From Dehalococcoidia bacterium (GTDB taxonomy: Bacteria > Chloroflexota > Dehalococcoidia > UBA2979): a DNA stretch of 64,000 nt. Every line of letters starts with the position of its first letter. Within the stretch, counting starts at the first letter, position 1. The notes below the pieces were generated by a model. That model was not told where the DNA came from. It saw only the letters and a program-made list of their open reading frames with translations, and searched no databases. Both the position numbers and the translations under genes were made by a program. The stretch is from NCBI GenBank assembly GCA_963667465.2, contig CAXXDN010000002.1, positions 832,001-896,000 of the forward strand, written 5' to 3'. Positions 17,959-26,865 of the stretch are shown piece by piece.

Positions 17959-18935
17959 GCGCAGGCATGAAGCGGGTAAATGTCAGCGACCTGCAGGGGA
18001 TGCGCCGCAAGAAGCAGCGGATCACGATGATCACGGCCTACGACTACCCGACGGCGCGCCTCGCCGACGAGGCCGGGGTTCCCGTTATCCTCGTCGGCGA
18101 CTCCCTCGGGATGGTCGTCCTCGGCTACGACTCGACCCTGCCGGTGACGATGGAGGACATGATCCACCATGGGTCTGCGGTGACGCGGGGTGCGCAGCGC
18201 GCGCATGTGGTGGTCGACATGCCGTTCGGCTCCTACCAGGCGGGCTGGAAGAACGCGCTGCGCAACGCGACGCGCCTCATGCAGGAGACCGGCTGCAGCG
18301 CCGTCAAGCTCGAGGGCGGGCAGCGTTCGGCAGGCATCGTCAAGCGTCTCGTCGAGGCGGGCATCCCGGTGATGGGCCACGTCGGCCTCACCCCGCAGTC
18401 CGTGAACACAATGGGCGGATACAAGATCCAGGGACGCACCCCGCGCGACGCGGTCCGCGTGCTCAACGATGCGAAGGCGCTCGAGGAGGCCGGTGCATAC
18501 GCGGTGGTGCTCGAGGTCGTCCCGGCCATCGTCGCCTGGCGCATCACCGAACGGCTCCGCGTGCCGACGATCGGCATCGGCGCCGGACCGTACTGCAGCG
18601 GGCAGGTGCAGGTCTTCCACGACATGCTCGGCCTGTACCCGGACATGGATCCGAGGCACGCGCGCCGCTTCCTCCAGGGCGGCGAGTTGATCCGCAACGC
18701 CATCACCGAGTACCGCGAGGCTGTCGAGGACGGCAGCTTCCCCAGCCCCGCGGAGTCGTTCTTCCTCGACGCCGCCAGGCGGCAGCACATCGAGGCGACG
18801 CTCGCACGGCACGCGCACGAGGGGGCGCCACCCGCCAGCCGTGTGCCGCTGTCCGACAACGGGCTGACGCCCGACAGCGCGCACGAGGGCGTCGACGCCG
18901 AGGTGGCGATGCTCGAGGAGGACGAGGTCGTCTAG
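17955..18935 (+). CDS. panB: 3-methyl-2-oxobutanoate hydroxymethyltransferase
   Basis: [39 protein letters not shown]. Confidence 0.97.
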   Translation: MSAGMKRVNVSDLQGMRRKKQRITMITAYDYPTARLADEAGVPVILVGDSLGMVVLGYDSTLPVTMEDMIHHGSAVTRGAQRAHVVVDMPFGSYQAGWKNALRNATRLMQETGCSAVKLEGGQRSAGIVKRLVEAGIPVMGHVGLTPQSVNTMGGYKIQGRTPRDAVRVLNDAKALEEAGAYAVVLEVVPAIVAWRITERLRVPTIGIGAGPYCSGQVQVFHDMLGLYPDMDPRHARRFLQGGELIRNAITEYREAVEDGSFPSPAESFFLDAARRQHIEATLARHAHEGAPPASRVPLSDNGLTPDSAHEGVDAEVAMLEEDEVV

Positions 18936-18973
18936 CCGCTCGCCGGTGACGCCTCGATGGCTATGACACCCCG

Positions 18974-19816
18974 ATGCTGATCGTCGCGCGCACGATCGCC
19001 GATCTGCGGATGGCGCTGCGCGCCCCGGCCGCGCCGCTCGGCCTCGTGCCGACGATGGGCTACCTGCACGACGGCCACCTCTCGCTCGTCGAGGCCGCCA
19101 AGGCGCAGTGCCCGACCGTCGTTGTCTCGCTCTTCGTGAACCCCACCCAGTTCGGCCCGAACGAGGACTTCGAGGACTACCCCCGCGACGAGGACCGCGA
19201 CCTCGATCTGCTCGGTGATGCGGGCGCGGACATCGCCTTCATTCCCTCCGTCGAGGAGATCTACCCGGCCGGCGACAGCACCCGCGTGCGCGTCGGGGGC
19301 CTTACCGAGGTGCTGGAGGGCGACCGCCGCCCCGGCCACTTCGAGGGCGTCGCGACCGTCGTTGCGCGGCTGTTCCTGATGGTGCAGCCGGACCGCGCCT
19401 ACTTCGGCGAGAAGGACGCGCAGCAGCTCGCTGTGCTGAAGCGCATGACCGCGGACATGCAATTCCCGATCGAAGTCGTCGGTTGCCCCACGGTGCGCGA
19501 ACCGGACGGGCTCGCGCTCTCCTCGCGCAACATCTACCTCACGCCCGAGGAGCGGACGCAGGCGCCCGCGCTGCACGCGGGGCTGAGTGCCGCCGCCGAG
19601 GCGTTCGCGGCCGGCGAGCGCGACGCCTCGGCACTGCGTGCGCTCGTGCGCGATCACATCGCGGCGCAGCCCCGGGCGGAGATCGACTACATCTCGCTCG
19701 CGGACTCGGGGACGTTGGCGGAGCTCGAGGGCGTCGTCGAGCCGCCTGCGCTGCTCTCGCTTGCCGTGCGCTTCGGAGCGGCGCGGCTGATCGACAACGT
19801 CACGCTGCGCGCGTAG
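18974..19816 (+). CDS. panC: Pantoate--beta-alanine ligase
   Basis: VPTMGYLHDGH, FVNPTQF, FGEKDAQQ, GLALSSRN, RLIDN. Confidence 0.97.
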   Translation: MLIVARTIADLRMALRAPAAPLGLVPTMGYLHDGHLSLVEAAKAQCPTVVVSLFVNPTQFGPNEDFEDYPRDEDRDLDLLGDAGADIAFIPSVEEIYPAGDSTRVRVGGLTEVLEGDRRPGHFEGVATVVARLFLMVQPDRAYFGEKDAQQLAVLKRMTADMQFPIEVVGCPTVREPDGLALSSRNIYLTPEERTQAPALHAGLSAAAEAFAAGERDASALRALVRDHIAAQPRAEIDYISLADSGTLAELEGVVEPPALLSLAVRFGAARLIDNVTLRA

Positions 19817-19920
19817 CGGCGGGAGCGCCGTCCGGCTGTCTGCCGGTGCTACCATGCCTGTACCTGTCGTGAAGCCTCGGAAGCGGCGTGCATGCACGTC
19901 GCCATTCTCGGGAGGGGTTC

Positions 19921-20673
19921 GTGTCCGGTCACTCCAAGTGGTCATCGATCAAGCACAAGAAGGCGGCGACCGACGCCAAGCGCGGGCAGCTTTTCACCAA
20001 GCTCGCGCGCGACATCACTGTCGCTGCCCGCGGCGGGGCCGACCCCGAGATGAACTCGGCGCTGCGCCTCGCGATCCAGAAGGCGCGCGACAGCAACATG
20101 CCGGGCGCCAACGTCGAGCGGGCGATCCTGCGCGCCACGGGTGGTGGTGACGGCGCCTCCCTCGAGGAGATCGTCTACGAGGGCTACGCCCCGGGCGGCA
20201 CGGCCGTGCTGATCCAGACGGTCACGGACAACCGCAACCGCACCGTCGCCGATATCCGCGTGACGCTGAACCGCGGCGGCGGCACGCTCGCCGAGAACGG
20301 CGCCGTCTCCTGGATGTTCGACCTGCGGGGCGTGATCACCCTCGACGCTGCCAATGCCGACGCCGACGAGATCCAGCTCACCGCCATCGAGGCCGGCGCC
20401 GAGGACGTCAGCGCCGACGAGCAGCTCGTCGAGGTATTGACCAGCCCCGGCGACCTCGAGGCCGTGCGCGCGGCGCTGACGGAGGAGGGGTTCACCATCG
20501 CCAGCGCCGAGATCGCGCAGGTGGCGAAGAACACGGTCGAGCTCGACGAGAAGAACGCGGCCCAGACGCTGCGCCTGCTCGACCAGCTCGACGAGCTCGA
20601 CGACGTATCGCGCGTCTACAGCAACGCCGACTTCAGCGACGAGGTGCTCGCCGCGGCCGGCCTCGGGGAGTGA
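19921..20673 (+). CDS. yebC: YebC/PmpR family protein
   Basis: SGHSKWSSIKHKK, YEGYAPGG, TDNRNRT, DDV..VYSN. Confidence 0.95.
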   Translation: MSGHSKWSSIKHKKAATDAKRGQLFTKLARDITVAARGGADPEMNSALRLAIQKARDSNMPGANVERAILRATGGGDGASLEEIVYEGYAPGGTAVLIQTVTDNRNRTVADIRVTLNRGGGTLAENGAVSWMFDLRGVITLDAANADADEIQLTAIEAGAEDVSADEQLVEVLTSPGDLEAVRAALTEEGFTIASAEIAQVAKNTVELDEKNAAQTLRLLDQLDELDDVSRVYSNADFSDEVLAAAGLGE

Positions 20674-20695
20674 CCGGGGCCCTGGTGAGCGCACG

Positions 20696-21217
20696 GTGAG
20701 CGCCGGCGTCCGGCGCGTGATTGGGGTCGATCCCGGCCTCGCCGCCACTGGCTACGGGATCATCGACGGCGACGCCCGCAACGCCGAAGTCATCGCCTAC
20801 GGCGCGATCCGCACCCGCGCGCGCTGGAGCCGCGCCGAACGCCTGCACCACATTCACGAGCAGGTGCGCGCACTGATCGAGGAGCACCGCCCCCACGAGC
20901 TCGCGATCGAGGAGCCGTACGTGGCGAAGAACGCGCGATCCGCCCTCGCGATCGGCGAGGCGCGCGCGGCGGTGCAGATTGCGGCCGCCGGACACGCCAC
21001 CCCCGTCTTCGAGTACCCACCGGCGACGATCAAGGCGTCGGTGGCTGGCCACGGCGGAGCCTCGAAGGAGCAGGTGCAGGCGATGGTCACCCTGCAGCTC
21101 GGGCTCGCCGAGCCGCCGACACCCCTCGACGCCGCCGACGCGCTCGCGATCGCCCTCACGCGGCTCGCCGAGGTCGACTTCGAGGCGCGTCTCGCGAGCA
21201 GCGGGAGCGGGCCGTGA
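20696..21217 (+). CDS. ruvC: Holliday junction resolvase
   Basis: GVDPG..TGYG, AIEE, KEQVQAMV, DAADALAIA. Confidence 0.95.
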   Translation: MSAGVRRVIGVDPGLAATGYGIIDGDARNAEVIAYGAIRTRARWSRAERLHHIHEQVRALIEEHRPHELAIEEPYVAKNARSALAIGEARAAVQIAAAGHATPVFEYPPATIKASVAGHGGASKEQVQAMVTLQLGLAEPPTPLDAADALAIALTRLAEVDFEARLASSGSGP

Positions 21218-21837
21218 TCGCGGCGCTCAGCGGACCCCTCGTGCGCTGGGACGCCGAGCGCTTCTCGTTGTGGATCCTGGCGGGCGGCATCACCTACGAG
21301 GTGCACATGCCCGCCTTCGCGGCGGACTGGGCGGCGGGCCACCAGCAGGGCGAGGCTGTACAGGTCTTCACCTACTACCACGCCACCGAGCGCCAGCCCT
21401 TGCCCACGCTCTACGGCTTCCCGCACCTCGCCGAGCGCGAGTTCTTCCGCAAGTTCATCGAAGTGCCGGACGTCGGCCCGGCCAAAGCCGTGCGCGCCCT
21501 CACCTGGCCCGTCTCGGAGATCGCCGGCTGGATCGAGGCGGAGGACCAGCGCTCGCTGCGCCAGCTCCCGGGCATCGGCGAACGCCTCGCCCAGACGATC
21601 GTCGCGCACCTGCGGGGCAAAGTGGTCCAGGAGGCGCTCCTTCGCGACGCCGTCGAGGGTGAGCGCGAGCCGGTGCCCGACATCCGCGACGACGCCATCG
21701 AGGCGCTCGTGACGCTCCAGTACTCCCGCCGCGAGGCCACGAACCTGGTCGCCGACGCGCTGGCGGAGGACCCGTCGCCGCAGACGCTCGAGGACGTGCT
21801 CCGCTCCGTCCTCGAACAGCGCGCGCCGTCGGGGTAG
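21214..21837 (+). CDS. ruvA: Holliday junction branch migration protein
   Basis: MIAALSG, GITYEV, LYGF...EREFF, VGP.KA, LPGIG, AIEALVTL.Y. Confidence 0.92.
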   Translation: MIAALSGPLVRWDAERFSLWILAGGITYEVHMPAFAADWAAGHQQGEAVQVFTYYHATERQPLPTLYGFPHLAEREFFRKFIEVPDVGPAKAVRALTWPVSEIAGWIEAEDQRSLRQLPGIGERLAQTIVAHLRGKVVQEALLRDAVEGEREPVPDIRDDAIEALVTLQYSRREATNLVADALAEDPSPQTLEDVLRSVLEQRAPSG

Positions 21838-21867
21838 GGTCCGCTGGGGTTCAGCAGCCCTCGGTAG

Positions 21868-22071
21868 TCAGCTCACTATCGAGGCGACGGCGGCCGCGAT
21901 CGCGGCAGCTGCAGCCATGCCGGCGAGCATCGTCGCGACGGTCCACCTGATCAAGCGGGTCTCGAGTTCCGCCAGATCAGCCTTCGTCGCCAGGTGCTCA
22001 AGCGTGGCCTCGATGCGCGTAACGCGAATGTCGAGCGAGTCTGAGTGCGTAGTCACGAGGCGCCCGACCAT
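21868..22071 (-). CDS. Small coiled-coil protein with C-terminal TM (DUF1640-like)
   Basis: LATKADLAELETRLIRW followed by hydrophobic tail. Confidence 0.7.
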   Translation of the reverse strand: MVGRLVTTHSDSLDIRVTRIEATLEHLATKADLAELETRLIRWTVATMLAGMAAAAAIAAAVASIVS

Positions 22072-22130
22072 CCTTCAACTCGTAGTGTTCGCCTGTCCAG
22101 CACAGTTTGGCCATAGCGGTGCTCATTGGT

Positions 22131-23489
22131 CTACGCCCCCTCCGCCTCGTCCCCGAGCTCACCCGGCACGTAGTAGGTGTTGCCCTCGGCAGGGGGCGGG
22201 CGGTGGGTTTGCGAGGGCGGGGTGTGGCCCTCGTAGTCGTGGGCGTACTGGTAGCCGCGGCCGTAGCCGAGGTCGCTCATGAGCCCCGTCGCGGCGTTGC
22301 GCAGGTGCAGCGGCACCGGCTCGTTGCGCGTGCGCTCGGCGTCCGCGGCCGCGCGCTGGTAGGCCACGTAGGCGCTGTTGGACTTCGGCGCGCGCGCCAG
22401 ATAAACAGTCGCCTCGGCGAGCGGCAGCCGCGCCTCCGGCATGCCGAGGAAGTGCACCGCCTGCTGCGCCGCCACCGCCAGCGGGAGCGCCGCCGGATCG
22501 GCGAGCCCGATGTCCTCTGCGGCGAGGATCACGACGCGGCGCGCGACGAACAGCGGGTCCTCGCCGGCCTCGAGCATCCGCGCCAGCCAGTAGAGCGCCC
22601 CGTCCGGGTCCGAGCCGCGGACCGACTTGATGTAGGCGGAGATGTGGTCGTAGTGGCCGTCGCCCTGGCGGTCGTAGAGCAGCGTCGGGTGCTGACCGGC
22701 GGCGTCGACGGCCTCGCGGGTGATGGCGCGCGCACCCTCCGCCGAGGGCTGCACGGTCGTCGCCGCAAGTTCGAGCAGGTTGAGTCCCGCCCGCGCGTCG
22801 CCGCCCGCGAGGTGCACGATCGCCGCCAGCGCGCCCTCGTCAACACTCACCTGCTGCTCTTGCAGTTGCTCGTCGCGCTCGAGGGCGCGCGTCACGATCG
22901 CGCGCAGTGCCTCCTCGCCGAGTGGACGCAGCACGAAGACGCGGGCGCGTGAGAGCAGCGGCGCGACGACGTGGAACGAGGGGTTCTCGGTGGTTGCGCC
23001 GATCACGGTTACGACGCCCTCCTCGACGTGGGGGAGGACCGCGTCCTGCTGGTTGCGGCTGAAGCGGTGCAGCTCGTCGATGAAGAGAATCGTCTCGATG
23101 CCGGAGATGCGGCGGCGCTCGCGCGCCTCGGAGACCACGCGCCGGATATCGGCGACGCCGGAGTCGACGGCCGAGAGCGGCTCGAAGCGGCGGCGGGTGG
23201 TGCGCGCGATAATCGCCGCGAGCGTCGTCTTGCCAGAGCCGGGCGGCCCCCAGAGCACGAGCGAGGGCGTCTCGTCGCGCTCGATCATGCCGCGCAACGG
23301 GCTGCCCGGCCCGACGACGTCCTCCTGACCGACGAAGTCGTCGAGCGCCTCGGGACGCATCCGCGTGGCGAGGGGCGCCGCCTTCGCGCCGGGCGCCACG
23401 GCGCCGCTCGGCAGGCGCGGCTCATCGGCCTCGAACAGGTCGCTCTGGAGGCCGGGCGGGAGGCTGCGGGAACGGCGTCTGCTGCCCAT
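22131..23489 (-). CDS. rarA: Replication-associated recombination protein A (MgsA/RarA)
   Basis: PLATRMRP, WGPPGSGKTT, DELHRF, GATTENP, KSVRGSDPD, EDIGLADP, VPLHLRNA. Confidence 0.96.
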   Translation of the reverse strand: MGSRRRSRSLPPGLQSDLFEADEPRLPSGAVAPGAKAAPLATRMRPEALDDFVGQEDVVGPGSPLRGMIERDETPSLVLWGPPGSGKTTLAAIIARTTRRRFEPLSAVDSGVADIRRVVSEARERRRISGIETILFIDELHRFSRNQQDAVLPHVEEGVVTVIGATTENPSFHVVAPLLSRARVFVLRPLGEEALRAIVTRALERDEQLQEQQVSVDEGALAAIVHLAGGDARAGLNLLELAATTVQPSAEGARAITREAVDAAGQHPTLLYDRQGDGHYDHISAYIKSVRGSDPDGALYWLARMLEAGEDPLFVARRVVILAAEDIGLADPAALPLAVAAQQAVHFLGMPEARLPLAEATVYLARAPKSNSAYVAYQRAAADAERTRNEPVPLHLRNAATGLMSDLGYGRGYQYAHDYEGHTPPSQTHRPPPAEGNTYYVPGELGDEAEGA

Positions 23490-23639
23490 ACGCCAGTCTA
23501 GGCCGTCACGCCGCCGGATGTGGCGAGGCGCGACGCCCGCGGGGGTGGGAAAGGCTGCCGCTGCGGGAACATTGGAGTATGCTCCAATCCCGCAGCGGCA
23601 GCGCCCGACAGTGGCCCGCCGCAAGAGAGGATGGAGCGA

Positions 23640-24815
23640 GTGAGCGAACGATCTATCCGCGGTCAGGCCGCGGTCACCGGCTTCGCCGAGATCAAGCCCG
23701 AACGGCGCAAGCCGGGCCGCACCGCGGTCGGGCTGGCCGCCGAGCTGGCGAAGAACTGCGTCGAGGACGCTGGACTGACGAAGGACCAGGTCGACGGCCT
23801 GATCACCCACATCCCGTACTCCCACAACATCGAGTTCGCCGAGTACCTCGGCCTCAAGCCGGTCTGGTCGCACAGCGTCGACCAGATGGGCGGCTCCGGC
23901 GCGACGAGCCTGACGGTGGCGGCGGCGGCGGTGGCCACCGGCCTCGCCGACAACGTCCTCGTAATCGTCTGCTCCAGCCAGTGGGGCGGCTTCGGTGGCG
24001 GCACCGAGCCGTCGCCGGACGGCCACGGCGCCCAGTACGTGCGCGCCCACGGCCCGGGCCCAGGCGCGAACTACGAGTACGCGCAGATCGCGACCCGCTA
24101 CGAGCACCTCTACAACCTCAGCGACGAGGACCGCGTGAACATCGCGGTCCAGCAGCGAGAGAACGCACAGGCCAACCCGGACGCCGTCTTCTACGGCCAG
24201 CCCGCGACGGCCGACGACATCCTCAACTCGCGGATGGTCGCCGACCCGCTGCGGCTGCTCGAGTGCGTCATGCCCTGCATCGGCGGCGCGGCGGTCATCG
24301 TGAGCGCCGCCGACGCGACCGACTACTCGCCGAACTCGCCCGTCTACCTGCTGGGCGCCGGCTGCGCCACGGACCGAGGCGTGCCGGGGCTCTCCTACGC
24401 GCCGGACATGACGATCTCGCCGGTCAAGGTGTCGGCGGAGCGCGCCTTCGCGACCGCTGGCCTGACCCCGGCCGACATGGACATGGCCCAGATCTACGAC
24501 TGCTACACGATCGCGATCATCTGCGAGTTCGAGGACGCCGGCTTCGCTCCCAAGGGCGAGGGTGGCCAGTGGTTCGCCTCGCACGACGTGACGTACAAGG
24601 GCGAGTTCCCGGTGAACACGCACGGCGGCCAGCTCTCCTTCGGGCAGGCCGGCAGCGGCGGCGGCATGTCGCACGTCGTCGAGGGCGTGCGCCAGATGAT
24701 GGGCCGCGGCGAGGCCCGGCAGGCGCACAAGGACCTCAACTACGCGTTCATCAACAACAACGGCGGCGGCCTCAGCGTCGAGGCCTCGCTGGTCTTCGGA
24801 AAGGGCGTTGACTAG
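23640..24815 (+). CDS. Thiolase-fold protein, SCP2/Ltp2 type lacking the canonical N-terminal catalytic Cys
   Basis: GGSGATS, NP.A, PLRLLEC, YDCYT, NTHGGQLS, EGVRQ. Confidence 0.88.
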   Translation: MSERSIRGQAAVTGFAEIKPERRKPGRTAVGLAAELAKNCVEDAGLTKDQVDGLITHIPYSHNIEFAEYLGLKPVWSHSVDQMGGSGATSLTVAAAAVATGLADNVLVIVCSSQWGGFGGGTEPSPDGHGAQYVRAHGPGPGANYEYAQIATRYEHLYNLSDEDRVNIAVQQRENAQANPDAVFYGQPATADDILNSRMVADPLRLLECVMPCIGGAAVIVSAADATDYSPNSPVYLLGAGCATDRGVPGLSYAPDMTISPVKVSAERAFATAGLTPADMDMAQIYDCYTIAIICEFEDAGFAPKGEGGQWFASHDVTYKGEFPVNTHGGQLSFGQAGSGGGMSHVVEGVRQMMGRGEARQAHKDLNYAFINNNGGGLSVEASLVFGKGVD

Positions 24816-24817
24816 TC

Positions 24818-25234
24818 ATGGCTGAGCAAGACGTTCCGCGCCCTGTCCCGTCCTCGAACGCGCTGACCGAGCCGTTCTGGGAGGCCACCAGGCAGCACAA
24901 GCTCGTGGTCCAGCACTGCACGGGCTGCGACAAGCTGGTCTGGTACCCGCGCGAGATCTGCCCGGGCTGCTGGACCATGGAGGGCATCGAGTGGCAGGAG
25001 CTGAGCGGTAAGGGCCGCCTGCACACCTACACCGTGATCCGCCAGGCCGCAGATCCCTGGTTCCAGCAGCGCGTCCCCTACGTCTACGGGGTCGTCGAGC
25101 TGGACGAGGGCCCGCGCATGATCTCGGGCATCCAGTGCGAGGTCGAAGACGCCGTCTGCGACATGCCCGTCGAGGCAGTGTTCGAGGACCTGAACGACGA
25201 CTGGACGATCGTCCAGTTCAAGCCGGCAAGCTAG
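24818..25234 (+). CDS. Zn-ribbon/OB-fold DUF35 protein
   Basis: PFWEA, CxxC..YPR..CxxC, VELDEGPRM; adjacent to thiolase-fold gene. Confidence 0.92.
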   Translation: MAEQDVPRPVPSSNALTEPFWEATRQHKLVVQHCTGCDKLVWYPREICPGCWTMEGIEWQELSGKGRLHTYTVIRQAADPWFQQRVPYVYGVVELDEGPRMISGIQCEVEDAVCDMPVEAVFEDLNDDWTIVQFKPAS

Positions 25235-25272
25235 CAGCGCGACGCCCTCGAGGCGTCCGCTCAAGCATCGCG

Positions 25273-25300
25273 AAGAGCCGTCCCGGCGGGGGCGGCTTTT
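25273..25300 (+). terminator. Intrinsic terminator
   Basis: AAGAGCCGTCCC-GGCG-GGGGCGGCTTTT hairpin ending in a T run. Confidence 0.75.
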
Positions 25301-25388
25301 CGTTGCCAGGCGTGCTCCGGTACGACATTCGTCTTGACAGGCTCGCACGCGGGTAGAGATCAGAGGGCGCGGCGGCGAGGAGATCCCG

Positions 25389-25698
25389 CTGGACCCCGTG
25401 GAGCTGTCTACCCCCGACTTCAAGCACGATCTACGGCTCCGCGAACCGCGACGAGCGTGAGTTCCCGGATCCGGACGACTTCATGCTCGACCATGAGCAC
25501 GGCTCACACCTCGCCTTCGGGCACGGCATCCACTACTGCCTCGGCGCGCCGCTCGCCGCGCCGAGCTGCGGGCCGCGCTCAACGGCCTGCTGGACCGCTA
25601 CGCAGCCATCGAGCGCGCCGGACCTGCCGAGCAGCATGCAGTCGCCGGGCTTCACCCTGCGCGGCTTCGGGCGGCTGCCCATCCGCTGCAGTCCGTAG
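25389..25698 (+). pseudogene. Cytochrome P450 remnant with large internal deletion and frameshifts
   Basis: [17 protein letters not shown] and heme motif [17 protein letters not shown], then LRGFGRLP; only about 300 bp remain. Confidence 0.85.
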
Positions 25699-26383
25699 CG
25701 CCGTCGAGGATTGTGCGGGCGCGGGCGAAGACCTCGTCGAACATCGGCTCCGTGAGGCGGCCGGTGAAGGTGTTCTGCTGGCTTGGGTGGTAAGAGCAGA
25801 GCAGCGTGCGCCCTCCGGAGAGCTCAAATTCTGCGCCGTGCCCGAAACGCGGCCGCGGGCGCAGGTCCTCGAGGACGGCAAGCCTGTTGAGCGCCCAGCC
25901 GCCGAGCGCGAGATAGACGCGCGCGCCATCGAGCAGCGCCAGCTCGCGCTCAAAGTACGGATGACAGCGGTCCCGCTCCTCGACGGTCGGGCGGTTGTCG
26001 GGTGGAGCGCAGCGCACGGTCGCCACGACGCGCGCGTCGAGCAGCTCGAGGCCGTCGTCGCGGCTCACGGCGTGGGGCTGGTTGGCGAACCCGGCGCGGT
26101 GCATCGCGCGGAAGAGCCAGTCGCCGGAGCGATCGCCGGTGAAGACGCGCCCCGTGCGATTCGCGCCGTGCGCGGCCGGCGCGAGGCCGACGACCACGAG
26201 GCGCGCCTCGGCAGCCCCGAAGCCGGGCACGGGCCTGCCCCAGTAGTCCTGGTCGCGGAAGGCCGCGCGCTTCTCGTGCGCCACCCGCTCGCGCCACTCG
26301 ACGAGGCGCGGGCAGGCGCGGCAGGCGACGATCTCATCCTCCAGCGCCGCCAGCGAAGCGACGTGCGGGTCGCAGTCACTCAC
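25652..26383 (-). CDS. Uracil-DNA glycosylase family 5 (UdgB-like)
   Basis: CRACPRL Fe-S motif, [28 protein letters not shown]. Confidence 0.93.
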   Translation of the reverse strand: MSDCDPHVASLAALEDEIVACRACPRLVEWRERVAHEKRAAFRDQDYWGRPVPGFGAAEARLVVVGLAPAAHGANRTGRVFTGDRSGDWLFRAMHRAGFANQPHAVSRDDGLELLDARVVATVRCAPPDNRPTVEERDRCHPYFERELALLDGARVYLALGGWALNRLAVLEDLRPRPRFGHGAEFELSGGRTLLCSYHPSQQNTFTGRLTEPMFDEVFARARTILDGATDCSGWAAARSRAG

Positions 26384-26832
26384 GGCGTGGGGCCCTCGAC
26401 GCTCCAGCTGCTCGCGCGCAGCGGCGTGAGCGCGACCAGCGGGCGCCCATCCAGCGCCATCTCCCGGTACTGCGGGTACTTCTCGCGGAGCGCAGCGAGG
26501 GCTTCCGCGTACCCCTCGTCGCCCTCGTCCAGCACCGCGGCGCGGCAGCGCAGCATCGCCCAGGCGAGTTGCTCCCAGTCGTCGCTGTAGACGTCGCAGA
26601 GCAGCGTGGCCGCGCCGTGTTCCTCGATGTTGCGCAGGCGCTGCAGGCGCGCGGTGCGCTTTGGCTTCTCGTCGACCACCGAGTAGCAGCGCCCGCCAAG
26701 CAGCACGAAGCAGATCGGGACGATGTGCGGCGTACCCGCGGGGTCGACGGTGGCGAGGCGTGCGACGCGCTGCTCCTCGACGAACGCGCGCACGGCGGGC
26801 GAGAGTTGCAGCGGCTCAGGCAACGGGTCCAT
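26380..26832 (-). CDS. PPOX-class (split barrel) probable F420-dependent oxidoreductase
   Basis: VARLATVD..G.PH.VP, VDEKPK, RLRNI, YSDDW..L.W, LREKYPQY. Confidence 0.88.
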   Translation of the reverse strand: MDPLPEPLQLSPAVRAFVEEQRVARLATVDPAGTPHIVPICFVLLGGRCYSVVDEKPKRTARLQRLRNIEEHGAATLLCDVYSDDWEQLAWAMLRCRAAVLDEGDEGYAEALAALREKYPQYREMALDGRPLVALTPLRASSWSVEGPTP

Positions 26833-26865
26833 GGGCAGAACGTAACGGTGGAGGGATGACGCCCG

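Noticed and set aside
23490-24728. N-terminal extension of the 865-aa RarA ORF
   Set aside because: Antisense shadow of the thiolase-fold gene, a typical high-GC artefact
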